Below are positions 14,140 through 28,269 of a stretch of 64,000 bases of DNA, in pieces. The notes under the pieces were generated by a model that was given only the letters and a program-made list of their open reading frames with translations, searched no databases and was not told the origin of the DNA. The stretch comes from Chrysomallon squamiferum (Eukaryota; Animalia; Mollusca). The stretch's first letter is position 1; each line of letters begins with the position of its first letter. Both the position numbers and the translations under genes were made by a program. The DNA lies in contig CM022669.1 of NCBI GenBank assembly GCA_012295275.1, forward strand, positions 19,515,038 through 19,579,037, read 5' to 3'.

Positions 14140-15984
14140 GATTTTATTTTATATTTTATTTAGCGACATGGTTTCATTTTCAAAAACATTTTATTTTATT
14201 ATTAAAGAAAACATTTGATATCGAATCCAACATTTAAAACAAGCAAATCAACAAAAAATAATAATAAAGAAACAAACAAATAACGAAATAATATGTCTTT
14301 TGTGAAGTTTTGTTTTATTTATTGTTGTTTTTATTAGTTTAAACGTTTGTTTAGCTTTTTAAGACGGAAAATCTATCAGTTAGTTGGAAACATACTACTT
14401 GTTCCCAGTCTACGTTTCGACCGGTCACAATACCGGTAGTAGAGGAAATAATATAATATTTTATAGTAATAGGTTGACCTACATTTAAAAAAATTAATAA
14501 TAAAACTAAAGCCAACCAAACAAACACGCAAATAAACAAATATAAATTTAATGCATTTTGCTTGTAACAATTTGTAATAGTCCAGTCGAAAATGTAAATT
14601 AACTAGCTAAAGCTGTATAAGTTCCGAGATCAAAGTATGCTTATAATACGTGCGTAGTTAATCGGCGACTACTTTCTATACTGAACAAAAAATGTTAGGG
14701 ACAAAAAGAAATGCTTTAATATGTTAAACGTCGAATATGAATCACTGACATTGTATTTTATTTATTTATAGATAAAATGTATTGTCAGTCAAAAATTTCA
14801 TTAACCTTTCATTAAACGCAAGGTGAAAAAAAAAAAAAAAAATAATAATAATAATAATAAAAAAAAAAAAAAAAAAACGCAGCCCCCCACTATTCCATGG
14901 TACCTAAACTTTTTTGTTCAGTGGATAAAAAATATTTTTAATAATAAACTGACCGTTTTACGAATGAAATGGAAACAGGTCAAGTGTCGCTTATTAGTTT
15001 ACAACAGAGCTAGATGATATTTCATAAAAGTAATATCAGTCAGGTTATTCTTTTCTTTCTTTTTTTTGTTTCTTCTTCCTTTTTCTGGCGCCGAATTTTT
15101 TTATATCATACAAAGTATATAAATATTGTCTGCTTTGAATACTTACCTATGTGAAAACATAGGTTCTCTAAGTTAAATCTAACTATTAACGAATCTTTAA
15201 ATCAGTTAAAAAAAAATATAATAATAATAAAAAGTTAGTCGTACATATATTAAAATTAATATATCTACACAACTGCAAATTAATTCAAATAAACACGATT
15301 ATCACTTTCATGTCATGCTTTGCTGATTATAAATGCATACAGATCGGTGAAGCATATCAAAAACATTCAAATGTTAGTTTCAGTTGTATGTGGTGCACTG
15401 AATTTATCTGCTGCGTAATTTATAATTCTTCTTTTTATATCAAAATCACCATCTTAAACATCACCACTGGAAGATATAATTATGTACAAAAATCAACAGA
15501 AGCGGAATGCAGTAATGTTTGGCAGGTAGTTTTTGTAATACAAACCTTTACGAACGGCTCACTTTAAAAATAATTATTTGATATATCTCCACAGAAAGGA
15601 CACTGAAATGTAACATTGATTCGTTCAATTTATAAATTAGCAACATTAATTTTTTTTTTTTTTTTTTTAAAAGTCGAAAAAAAGGTGAGTATCAAATTAT
15701 TTTATTGTGACTGTCACTGTGTGTCACACAAATATGTATGTATGTGTGTTTTCAAACACATTTGTTTGTTTATTGATTTAAACTTCTTGGCTTGGTCACG
15801 TCGCGTTTTCCTTTGAATGTGGGTTATATACTCATTACACATTTTAACGCAACACCTGAACATTTTATTTCCTAATAGGAAATATCATGACTAACTAATT
15901 GCTTGTATAAACAATATTTATTTTATTTTGTTTTCAGCTTCCTGTTTTTTTAAATTTTATTTTTTTTTTTTTTTACACGCACAA

Positions 15985-16004
15985 CACTCAAACACACACG
16001 CGCG

Positions 16005-16046
<42 letters not shown>
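15985..16046. repeat. (CA)n microsatellite
   Basis: Long CACACA run with a short CGCG interruption. Confidence 0.9.
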
Positions 16047-16049
<3 letters not shown>

Positions 16050-16293
16050 TCATGCATATATACAGCGCTACCTATACATATTAGAAATTAAATGGTTTTT
16101 AATATCCTTGTCAAAAATAAAAGAAAATTCGTACAGGTTAACGTAACGGCAGGAAAAATTAGAAAGAAAAGAAGTAATTAAACTATTATACTCAAAATAT
16201 TTTATCGTATTTTTTTTACATTGCATCAGTTTCCGTGAGCTCATAGCAACATTCGTGCGTTTTCGGAAAATGACAATGTTTAGATGAAAATAA

Positions 16294-16431
16294 TCACGTG
16301 GCAATATAATAAGTCATATGATCAAAACATGGTTGTCAGGCGCGTGACAGTCATGGTGTCATTTGTTACGAGGAAATTGCTCAAATTTTATGAAAATAAC
16401 GTTATGTTAATCACGTGCTCCTGCACATGAC
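16294..16431 (+). promoter_or_regulatory. Cluster of E-box/CLEAR/M-box-like sites in the putative MFSD12 promoter
   Basis: TCACGTG at 16294-16300 and 16411-16417, GTCATATGAT at 16313-16322, CACATGAC (reverse GTCATGTG) at 16424-16431. The cluster is ~150-300 bp upstream of a strong donor (AAG|GTAAT, 16585/16586) that probably closes a non-coding first exon. Confidence 0.5.
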
Positions 16432-17586
16432 AACAAACATAATGAACGAGTCTTACTTTAACTGTACTTTAAATATATGCTGTTTCTTAACTGTGTTAAA
16501 TAAAATAAAACGGTCTTGAAAAAATCAGTAAAATTAAAAGTAAGAAACTGACCCAACTCAGCGGGAACCAGGAACGAAGAAGAAGGTAATTATTTATGAG
16601 ACGTTCATTCTTTTCATTGTTTGTAAATTCTATTACATATGAACAAATATGAAATTAATCAGAAATGTAGAACAAAATAATCGATGTATGGAGATTAAAA
16701 TGGTGGATTGAATTACACGTCGATCGTCTTCAGTTTTGTAATGTTTGAGTAAGACAATTCTAACTTAAATAAAAAGATGTCTTAATGTTAAAGAGAAACA
16801 AAGTTTTTTTCTTCTTCTTTCTTTTTATTATTTTTTTTTTGTTCCTAAAACAAAAATAAGTAAACAAATAAAATAGCGAACGAAACAGTTTGATTACATT
16901 TGTATATTTAATGTCATTATGGGAAGACAAAAGTAAAGTTGACGTGTTACAAATGTATTCGTCGGCTTCTTCGCATAGCATTGATTTGTTCATTTAAAAC
17001 ATACCTTTAATGATATGAAGAAATAAGCCAAATACATTTTGAATACTTTCAGCTGATGGCCAGGTTTAGCTAATAATGAAGTAGTATAATAAATAAGTAA
17101 ATAAATAAATACAAAATTCAATTATAAAACATCTGGTCTCACACCCGTTGTTTTTATCGTTATGACGTCATTGAACAGGTTGCAATCAAGATAGCACAGC
17201 ATAGGTAGTCAGTGGGAGAACAATATGTTCAGAGATGTAACTAATTTTATATTAAATTATATTTATCTATATGCAGGTTTTCATTTCAATGCATGAAACC
17301 GTATAACTGTTTCTTACAAGTTTGTGTGATCTCATTCTTCCTGCAGTAAGTTTACTTCAGATACATGCAGACATAACATATCACATTTTATTCATTAGTA
17401 TCAAACAGTCAATCTGAAACAAAATAAGAAATGTTAAACATATATGTTCATTTATTTATTTATTTGTTTGTTTATTGATATGGAATTACAGATATCAAGC
17501 CAATGAACTGCTTATTTTAAACTTTAATTTTTACAGATCTGAGATTTTTAAATAACAGACTGAGTGAACCAGCAACAACAGCATTG

Positions 17587-20169
17587 ATGACAACAACAAT
17601 GTCTACAATAAATATAAGACAGATGCCATTAATTGGACGTATTAGCTACAGTGTCGGCCATGTTCTCAACGACTTAACAGCGTCAATGTGGTTCAGTTAT
17701 CTGTTGGTGTTTTTCCACCAAGTGAAGCATTTTGACAACAAACTTGCCGGAGACTTGATGTTGATAGGTCAAGTCAGTGATGCTCTTTTTACTCCATTCA
17801 TAGGATTTGAGTCAGACAGAACTAAAGGGTTTTGTAAAATGGGAAAAAGAAAATCTTGGCACTTTTTGGGTAAGTATTTTTTAAATTTCTCATATTACAC
17901 TTACAAACAGTAACAAGCTTGAGATGTGAGAGACAGTCGATTGGTCCTCCTTGATACACCCAGTCATGTTATTTCCCATTCCACACATTGCTCCTATAGC
18001 TAATTTACCAAAGATGGACTTTAAAAGTCTGTTGTTGCTAATCTGTGGTTTTCAGTGAATTTTGCCTTAACTAATCATCACAGAGGACATCAGCATTCAG
18101 GAGGATTACAGTGAGTATCTAAACAAGATGTATGTGACAGAGCACATATTACATTTAATATCACTCGTGCATTAATTCAACTGTAGAAAAATGAGTATAA
18201 GAAAACTTAGAATGAATGCTTTATTGTCAGATAACTTTACATTAGACATGATGGCGTTCCTCTTTTGGTTTGTCCCATTATAACCCATGTCACATAGCTG
18301 ATATCAGAGTTTGTCGTATATTCCTTAATGAAAATGGTGACAGAGCATCGAAGCAAAAATAATATATAACAATTTTGTTTTCTTTTCGAAAAAAACAAAA
18401 CAAAAAAGAAAGATGTATTACAGAGTGATTAAAAATAAAAATAAGCTTATGTGTCATTAATCAAATATTCATTCAGGCTGTAATGGATTATTATAAGGTA
18501 TGAAATACGTTCCAAGCCTAAAACATTCTAGCAAGTTGTCTTTTTTTAACAATGCTCTTCATATTTTTTTCTTCTCGAGGACTGACACTTACCCATTGAA
18601 TCTTATCTTATTAAAATTACTCATGAACTGTTTTTACTCACACAGAGGATGCTATTAAGATCTATACTTCACATTTCCATTACACAGTTTTTCTTCTCTT
18701 TTTTCAGTGTATATTTCTTGTTTCTTTTTTTCATGTCTTTATGTCGACATTTTTTTAATGTGTAACCTTTTTGTAGCTGATGTTTTCTTTCACATTTGTT
18801 TTTAAACTGATTTTTTAAATTAATTTTTTTTATTAATTTAAAAAATAAAAAAAAATCTTTTTTTTAGGTACTGTCTGTGTCTTAGCCAGCTTTCCATTTT
18901 TGTTCATTGACTGTATCACCTGCTCACATGCGCCCAACTGGGCTCAGTTCATCTACTTTGCACCCTTTGTTGTCATCTTCCAGTTTGGCTGGGCTTCAAC
19001 ACAAATTTCTCATCTGTCTCTTATCCCTGAACTTACAGATGATGTTAACGAACGTGTTGAACTAAATGGTTGGAGGTGGGTTATGGAGAACATTTTTTTT
19101 TTTTTTTTTTTTTTTATTATGGAGGAGGTGGGAGTTTTATATTGTGGTGGGTGGAGTGGGCAATTTCACAGAGTAATGTATATCAAAACTGCAAAAATAT
19201 TAAATATAGTAAATACCATCATTGTTATATGTTATTATTATTTTATTTTATTTTATTGTATTATTGTTTTATTAATTTTATTTTTCTTCTTCTTTTTCTT
19301 CTTCTTCTTCTTCTTTTTATTATTTGTATTTTTATATTTACTGATGTTGTTATTACTGTCATTGCTGCTATTACTATTATCAATTTTATTAGTTGTATTA
19401 TTATTAGTTTTATAGGTAATCTTATTATTATTACAATTGGTGTTTTATTATTAATATTATTTTTTATTTTTTTATTTTATTTGTTATATTATTAATAGTC
19501 TTATTATTATAATATTATTATTTATTGTTATTATTAATTATATTATTTTTAATATTATTATTTATCCATTCATTACTCTGTTGTATTGTATGATTTTCAG
19601 ATATGCATGTACTGTCTTGTCTAACCTGACAGTGTATGGAATTGCCTGGGTCCTGTTTGCGCTTGGAACAGACAGTGATGAATCAAAATTATCACACAAT
19701 GACGCACCAAAATTTCGAGTCAGTGTAGACAAACTTGTTACCTTTATATTATTGTTTTGAAAGGATTAGTGAATGTTTAATGCATTTCAGCATATTTTTA
19801 ATATTACATTTTCACTGAATAATTATTAATGCAAGAAAGAAAACATGGTAAACTCAAATCACTGGCTGCTGTTATTACTTAGCAGTGTGTGTGTTCCTTT
19901 ATACACACCTTCTCACAGACAGCAAAACAGACATTTGATAAACCAGCAGTGGCTGCTGTGAACAATAATTCAGTAGAGTTGCTATGGGAGACTGTCTTTG
20001 TAATGTATTGCACTTCCACTTAGATTAGAATTAATTTTAGAAAATATTTTAATAATATTCGAAAGTAATATATTTATTATTTTTGCACATTCTGATTCTA
20101 CTACACCTTTTACAAGAATACATTTTGCTTTGTTAATTTTTTTTTCTTTTCCCACACATCAGTGAATCC

Positions 20170-20200
<31 letters not shown>

Positions 20201-23200
20201 CTGTTCTCTATAAATCATATTATTGAATTAGGCTGCGAGCAGTTTCAAACCGAGGAGAAGTCAATTCCTCTTTTACATATTTTTTCGTTTCACTGTCAAA
20301 TCATTTCTTACTTTTATGTTTAAAATATTATTACACATATATTATTTATCAATATTATTATTTATGTTTTTGTTTTGTAGAATTTAATGTTCACTGTGAT
20401 TGGAATCGGAGCAGTGTTTGCGTTCCTGTTTCACCTCGGTACGAGAGAAAAAACCAAATTCTCAGACGCTGACTTATCCAGTGGTCAAGATGTTTTGGAT
20501 TCCCCATCTTCCAGTCATTCTAGTCTAGAGAATCTGTTACAGCACAAGTCAATGAAATGGAGCGATTGGTTAAAGGACCACCAGTTTTATCAAGTAATTA
20601 GTTTTTATTCTTAAAGTGTATATGTAGATGTGTGTGCCAGTTTACAGTTCTTAAAATCTCTCTTTACATTGGTGCTAATGAATGTTAAATATGTTTTGTA
20701 ATTTTACTTTCTTTTGTTTTTTGTTTATGTGTATCTGTTGTCATACTTACTGTAAAAGATACTTACACTGAATTTAACCATTACCTTTTTTTAATATATT
20801 TTTTATGATTCTAACTAACAGGGTAAATATATTTTGTACATATCCAGATAATGTTTTTAAAATTTTACTTCTTAAAATGTAAGGATAATAATGATGTTAT
20901 TATGTTTCACTATATTTGTTTATTTCCAGTATTATTTTATTTTACTCTTATTTAAGTATATTTACAGTGATTCCATGAAATTGCCTAAATATGTTTTCAT
21001 TATTTTCAGTTGGTATTTTTTTTAAATTTTTTTTACATAAAGTTTGTCTAAGTGGTGTAATAAAATAGCCTGACTACTTTTTGACTGCTTAAGAGAGATT
21101 GAATATATATATATTTTTTTTTCCTTATTAATGTATATTTAAAGACAGGCTAGCTAATATCTTATCCCATGTTTTATTATTTTCCAGGTCAGTTTGATTT
21201 ATATGTTTACTCGGTTGTATGTCAATTTATCTCAAGTCTACATGCCAATGTATCTTGTGGAAACTCTCAAATTAGAAAAGGTAACAAGTCACAGTAGTTT
21301 TTATTTTTATTTATTGTTTTTTAACCTGGGGTTTTAAAATAAAGAGTTAACTTGTCATATTCTGTCATGTTTTATGTTTTTTAAACTCTTGTGTGAGTTT
21401 GTGTGTATTTGTGCATATGTGTGTGTATATTTGTATATATGTGTATGTATGTATGTATGTGTGTGTCCATGGGTGCATTCATTTTTGGATGTATTTTGCG
21501 TATGCATGTCTATAGTTAAAACGTGTTTTCTTTAATCTGATTTATAAATAAATATTTTCACAGATACAGTTGTTACCTATATCACATTTATAATGACAAA
21601 TTTACATATGTTCTATCACACGTATAAAATAATGAATTTTAAACTTAATATGTTAATATTTTCACATTAATTAGGGATAAAATCATTAACGCTTATATCT
21701 GTCTATATACATATTGTCTAAAACGCATAAATTTATGTTGTTTTAAATTCAGATAACAATAGCTATTATTCCTCTGGTTGTGTACAGCAGTGGATTTGTG
21801 ACATCACTCTTAATGAGACCAATCAGTTGTTTTATTAACAGAAAGGTCAGTTTTTACTTCTCTACATATTATTTTATTAACTTCATATACAACATTTTAT
21901 AAACCCTAATCTTTCTTATTCATGTTATCAACAGAAGAACTAGGATTGTTGGCATACATTATTAAAATTTCTTTTCAGTTTTTGCAACTGAATAATTTAC
22001 ATACATTGTTTATAAGCTACTTCATCATGAATCAGTTCCATTATTTATTTTTATTCAGAGACTAAAGATATTAGTAAAGAAAATTATACAGAAAAACTGT
22101 TTCTTTGCTAACAGCTGTAAGCAGATGTCATGTTGATGATGTTTCATGTCTTTAGCTAAACTAGTACAAAATGTTGTTCGTGACAAAATCTTGTTTTTTT
22201 AAATTGCAGTTTCATGCAGTATTCTGATTCACAAATAGTGAAATTATTTTTTAAATAATTAAAAAATACTAGAATGTGGATTTGAACTAAATCTGTTTTT
22301 TTTTTCTGTTTTTTTTATACACTTCATTTCTTTACACACACTGGACTTGGACCCAAATTTACATACTGAGGAATTTTTAAGTAAATATTTCTTTTCACTG
22401 TCATTATTAGAAATTTCAGTGAATTTATTATGTTTTTCAGTCAACTGAATGTTTTTGTTTCAGCTTACTTTTGTCATTGGAGTAATGATTGCTGCTGGTT
22501 CTAGTACGTGTATGTTTTTTCTAAACACCAACTGCGGCAATTACGTTTATGGACCCGCAGTTCTTCTCGGTATTGGTGGCTCAGCCATGCAGGTTACCTC
22601 CCTTGCTATGACTGCCGATCTTATTAACACAAATACGGTAAGAACGCATGTAAATAAATTAATACAAGACTGGTGCGACATGAGACATAGGAACATTTCT
22701 TCAGTGTTCTTACAACTGGTTTAACAAACACCATGATATGTACTATTCACTATGAGAACATCTAGAAAGAGTAGCTATTGATGTGTTTTATATGGTGATT
22801 TCACTCTAAGTATCTATTTGCATTATCTGAAATAACAGTGGATTAAATTTCTTTTGATAAATAAACGTGTCATTTCCTTTTCAACCTTTTGTGTGAGGCA
22901 GTAATAACAGTTAATTGAAATTGTTTTGAATGTAGTGACAGATGTAGTATTATTATCTGACAATAAAGCTAAATCTCATTTCCTTTTTTTTTTCTTTTTT
23001 TGTTTAAATCTGCTGATTTAATATACATTCAAAATAATTTTCCTAAAATGAATAAGCAAATGAAATAATTAAGTTTGTTTTAACCCTGTTAATATTATCC
23101 ATCAAACATTATTTGTTCTGTGTTCAAGCATTACTTTAAATTGCCACAAAGTGTGTTTCTGCATTTGTGACGTCATTTTTCACCCATATCCATGTAGTTT

Positions 23201-25185
23201 CATTAAGGTTTATTAAGACCAACAGCTGTGATGTGAAGAAAACAATACAATAACAATCTTTCATAATGAAATTTTATGTCTTCAAGATACAGTTAATATC
23301 AGATTAATATCAGCAAATAAATAAATTCAAAAAACCCCCCAAAAAACAGTGTAACTATCTTTTGGATCATCATTAAGCCAATCAAAAATAGAACTATTAA
23401 TAAATGACAATCAAAAGAGATGATCTAAGGTGCATTGTCTGAGATCTGAATATCAGTTGTTTAGAGCATGCACCTTTATATACACATCTGAATGTCAGGA
23501 TATTGTGTTCAGAGGATTAAACTTTGTCGACAAAAAGTGCACTTTGATATTTTTGAAAAAACAGATAAATATTGTGATGCAGTTTTAAATACTGTTTGTT
23601 GTTTATTCCAGGAAAGTGGTGCTTTTGTGTACGGTGCTATGAGTTTCACTGACAAACTGTCCAATGGAATTTTCATTGAGGTCATTCAGCAGTTTCATCC
23701 ATGCATGTAAGTGTTGAGCGTATTATCTGTGTTTGTTGATAAATGTTTTGAAAACTGATCATGTAATAAACTGTTGATAATGTTTTTAAGTGATCAGATT
23801 ATACTTGTTTTTTCTTTTCTTTTTATTCTTTTTACCTCTTTTTTTTTTTTTTCTGATGATTTGTTTTATAGATGATGTTCTAGATGTTTGCGTGTTTTTC
23901 AGACAATGTTTTAGGTGTTTGTGTATTTTACAGAAAGTCTTGTAGATATCTGTGTATTTTACACAGTTTTAAATGTTTGTGTATTTTACAGACAGTGTTG
24001 TAGATGTTTGTGAGTTTTACAAACAGTGTTTTAAATGTTTGTGAATTTTACAAACAAATTTGTAGATGTTTATGAATTTTACAAACAGTGTTTTAAATGT
24101 TTGTGTATTTTACAGACGATGTTGCCCAGCGTGTGAACCTTACTACAGACATGTAGAGTCCCTCATTCCTGGTGGTTGTGCAGTCCTGGCCTTTATAATT
24201 CTGCTTACTCTAATTCCATTTCAAATAGGGAGGAGGACGTACAATGGTATATCTTATTTCTTTTTTCTTTAGAAGCAATGATGATGATAATAATAATAAT
24301 CATCATCATAATCATAATATACTGAGCTATAATAATTTTTTTTTTTTTCACTTTAAATTCAGATGGATTACAATCAAATAATTATGTCACTGATCTGTTT
24401 TGTTCTTTGTTGGATTTGTCTTGGTTTGAAGTTGGCTAAACTGAATTGTCTGGTTTTGAGAAAATTGTTATTAAAATAATGATTGCCAGTTTTCATGCCT
24501 GGCTTCCTTAGAAAACCAGAACAGAATGAGAGCATCCAAACTTCATGTTGAAAGAAACATGACTTGTTACCCATTTTATTGCACTGGGTCATATTATGCC
24601 AAACAGAATACATCAAAATGATATTGATCTTCTTTATTTAATGATGTAATCGATACACATGCATATCTAGGAACAGTTTTTGTCCATTTAATTCAACATA
24701 GCTATTATTTTAATATGTTACATCTAAATACAAACACTTGCTTTAAAAGCAAATATTGATGGTTTCCTCTTAAAGACAACATGCGTGCACACACAAAGAC
24801 ACACATGTATATGAATTATTGGAGATTTTACACCAAACTGGTGATGAGAAAAAAATTAATAAATGTACTTAACTGGAGTTGTTAAAGGCCACTGACTTTT
24901 TTGTTCAACATAATTGTAACATTTTCAGTAGGTCTGTTCATGAAATTATAAACAAATTTATTTTCAGAACTTTGAGGTAACAGTAAGTTATAAACAAAAT
25001 CTCTATCTCTGAATTTTGTAGAAGAGTAGTAGCTTTTGCTAAATATTTTTTGGCTTATTTTTTCATGATTTTAATGCTTTTGTTTTTTAATTCTTTGAAT
25101 TATTTTATTTTTATTTTCTTTCACTAACATTATAAATTGAAAAAAAGAATTGAAAAAAAGAACTGACTTTAGTATCTTTCTAGCA

Positions 25186-25244
<59 letters not shown>

Positions 25245-25925
25245 TAGATGCTTCAAAGGTTGCATAATTAATCCATCTCAAAGCGCCATCTAGGCATTTT
25301 TTCAATTCCAGCCTGTGGTCTGAGACTAGTTTATCAAAAACTAGTATGGGCTTTATTGTTTATAGGAAGGTTCTTGTATAAAATCTGTTTTCTGCTAACT
25401 GAAAAAAAACCTCTTGTGTGCTGGTAGCTTTTTTTCATCTCTCTCCATCTGAGCGTGGTCCTTAACAATATGCATAACATGGTATAAACATAGATTAAAA
25501 TGAGTCCTTTGTTAAATAATAAATTTCTTTTCTGGTTAGTTTATGCAAGTTTTTGTTTGTTTTGTTATTTATTTGTTTGTTTATTTATTTTATATATTAT
25601 TATTAATTTTTTTTTTTCGAAAATGTTTTTATACTATTCATTCTTTTATTTTTATGTTATGTATTTTTATTTTATTTAATTATTATTTATTTATTTATTT
25701 ATTTGTTTATTTGTTTATTTGTTTGTTTGTTTTTTTCATTTCATTTTATTTATATTTCCAGAGATCATTGTGAATGAGTCAACTGATGGTCAGACATGTT
25801 CTTATGGTTCTGTAGAAGACAGAGAGCCGTTGATGAAAAAACAAGCTAATGGCCATCATATCCATTGTTCAATAAACACACCTCCAAAAGATGTCTGCAG
25901 CATTACTTCTTCAGTTATTTCTTGA
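17587..25925 (+). CDS. MFSD12: Major facilitator superfamily domain-containing protein 12
   Basis: Coding exons 17587-17869, 18868-19075, 19601-19718, 20381-20593, 21188-21280, 21753-21845, 22464-22637, 23612-23706, 24116-24246, 25762-25925 join in frame. Family-typical motifs: [85 protein letters not shown]. Confidence 0.93.
23195..23422 (+). repeat. Dispersed ~230 bp repeat, copy 1 (MFSD12 intron)
   Basis: TAGTTTCATTAAGGTTTATTAAGACCAACAG...TTTTATGTCTTCAAGATAC...AAGCCAATCAAAAATAGAACT...AAAAGAGATG recurs at 26232-26476. Confidence 0.85.
23860..24115 (+). repeat. ~30-bp minisatellite built from a 3' splice-site-like unit
   Basis: About 8 copies of (G)TTTT(A/G)ATGTTTGTGTATTTTACA(G/A)ACAGT; the last copy is the real acceptor at 24114-24115. 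Confidence 0.85.
25270..25535 (+). mobile_element. Degenerate SINE-like interspersed repeat
   Basis: TTCCAGCC...GACT...TGCTAA...ATCTGAGCGTGGTCCTTAACAATATG...GTTAAATAATAAATTTCTTT resembles, from recall and not from a search, the 3' part of an abundant gastropod SINE-like family. Confidence 0.4.
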
Positions 25926-26231
25926 TTTACAGCAAAATGTTAAAATAGCAACACATGTTAGATTGTTATTCAAGGGTTGTGACCATCAACATATATATAT
26001 ATATATTTGTTTTTATTCACATGTTGCTTTTCTAATGTTTGGTTTGATGATAACCAGATGTTAATTTTGTGATATTTTCTGTTGAATATAAAAGGAAGAC
26101 ATCATTATATTTTATTTTGAAGTGAATTTAAGTTTAACCTACATAATAGGAATTTTTCTGCATTGTTAAATATGTAGAACATGTGAATAAATTCGTATTT
26201 TATTTTGTATTAAACAGTACTATGTATGGTT

Positions 26232-26476
26232 TAGTTTCATTAAGGTTTATTAAGACCAACAGAACTGATGTAAAGAAAACAATACAGCAACAATTTTTCA
26301 AATAAACTTTTATGTCTTCAAGATACTGTTAATAACATAAGTATTCAGCAAGAGAGAGAGAGAAAAAAGCAATGACAACAAATTTGAATCAGTAAAAAAA
26401 AGTTTAACTCTCTTCTGGATCATCGACAAGCCAATCAAAAATAGAACTCTTAATAGATGACCAATGAAAAGAGATG
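26232..26476 (+). repeat. Dispersed ~240 bp repeat, copy 2 (downstream of MFSD12 stop)
   Basis: Colinear similarity to 23195-23422. Confidence 0.85.
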
Positions 26477-27779
26477 TTACAGAAGTGGAAATGAATCATG
26501 GGTAAAATAGATGTTGATTAGTCAGATAAAATCATGTAGTTTGATTGTCCAAGAAGAATTGCATTTACTCTCTCCCACCATAAAGGGAAACTATATCTTG
26601 CATTATTATAATGATTAAAAAAAATATATATATATTGAGAGAGAGGAGGGAGAGAAAAAAAAATGCAGAATAAAACAAGTAACTGGATACTGTCTTAAGA
26701 TTTCTTTTTTTCCTCAAGTTGAATTTTGAATGTAGCACAGCAGAGCCTTGTTGCATTCTGCATTTTTGCCTTCTCAGGATAAACCTGATGTCTTAAGACA
26801 GTAACCAGTTATTCCATATATAGATACACATTAGGAGGTGTGTTATGTTGCAAAATGTTGATGATTAAATTTATCATTGTAATGGATTTTTGCCGTAACA
26901 TTGACTATGGCATAATTGTTTGTGGTATGCGGGTCTTAAAATGGGATTATATTATTAAACAATTGGATAAAAGGTTTACTGATGTTTAAGTATAGTTATA
27001 TAGTTTAGAAACCTAAATGTAGATAAAAATCTTATATTGTTTAAAGTTATATTCAGAATTATTTTAGCTGTTTCTTAATGTGTGAAAATCCGTATTGGCT
27101 GAAATATGTAAGAAATAGACACAGGTTAACTATCCACTGTCTGATATTCTTAAACAGAAAAAAATACTGAAAAATTAATTTTATATTTAATTAGTTTTAT
27201 TTGTTTTCTATTTTTATGTATTTATTTACTATTTTATTAATTAATTAATTATTTGCGTTTAATTTTGTTTTTTTATTTTATTGTATTATTTCTTTATGTA
27301 TTTTCTTTATTATTTTTATCTATTATTTATTATCTATTTATTTATTTATTTATTTAAACTTCAAGCATTATGTAATTCTGATTTTTTTCTTCTCGTAATT
27401 ATATGCAGTAATGTAGCACTCTGGCAAGCCTTAATCCAGAAAGTCCTTTATTTGAAAAGTGAGACAAACTCAAGAATTTCATATAATGGATTGTTGACCT
27501 GTATAGATAGAAAATAAAATGATATATATAATTCACATACATACAAAATGGTGGTGTGCTACTGTGCATAAATAATGCTTTTTGCTATGCTTCATTGCTG
27601 AAACATAATTCACATTTTTGATTATGTTATATTTATTATGTGTACTCCTGTAAGGCAGCAGTTTTGATGTAACGAACTATAACTTGGTGTTAGTTGTCTT
27701 CCCGTTTCAAAATGGAAGTGTCTTCCATAAAAACTGTATTTTATATATTGTATAACAGAAATGATTGAGTGTGTATTTT

Positions 27780-27782
<3 letters not shown>

Positions 27783-27829
<47 letters not shown>

Positions 27830-27832
27830 TGA
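27783..27832. repeat. (GT)n(GA)n microsatellite
   Basis: Direct reading. Confidence 0.9.
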
Positions 27833-28269
27833 GAAAGAGGCAGTTTATATGTTGATATCAAAACAAATGATTGCATGAGATAAATCTTAGGACAGTAATC
27901 AACCTTATAATTTTTGTGAATAGGCTATGTTAGATAAGCCAAGCATAAATAAATGACAAATGATGCATTAAACAGCTATACTGTGCCACAAAAAAGAATA
28001 AAAAGAGATTTGTATATACATTTTTATGCTTCTTTAGATTAATCATGAGCAAAAGATGTTATATAATGGTTACTACATAACTCGGGAGAATATTTTTTGT
28101 TGTTGTTGTTTTTTTCCCCTGTGGTATTGCAATAAGGGCTTTGTGCAGTACTGTCATTAATGAGCTGGAGGTAGTGGGTGGAAAATATGATGAAAACCTT
28201 TAATGCATTTTTCATTATTTAGTGTAAATTCCGGTAACTGTAAATGTTGTTTTGTGTAAGTGTTACAGG

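Noticed and set aside
14400-14450. Hairpin ACCGGT-N6-ACCGGT followed by CGAAAC on the minus strand, resembling a Penelope-type minimal hammerhead ribozyme
   Set aside because: The required CUGANGA core is absent (it reads CTCTACTA); at best a dead relic.
8400-16200. Possible hidden gene or RNA gene between ARIH1 and MFSD12
   Set aside because: Only AT-rich low-complexity sequence; I found no exon chain and no tRNA or snRNA motif. Probably long 3' UTR plus intergenic DNA.
19070-19495. Hydrophobic 141-aa ORF and similar poly-L/I/Y/V ORFs (25071, 39642, 45164-45534, 47616-47892, 48775-49089)
   Set aside because: Produced by TTA/ATT/GTA simple repeats in introns or intergenic DNA.
24247-24260. 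GTATATCTT donor as a possible U12-type intron
   Set aside because: It does not match GTATCCTT, and no U12 branch consensus was seen at the acceptor.
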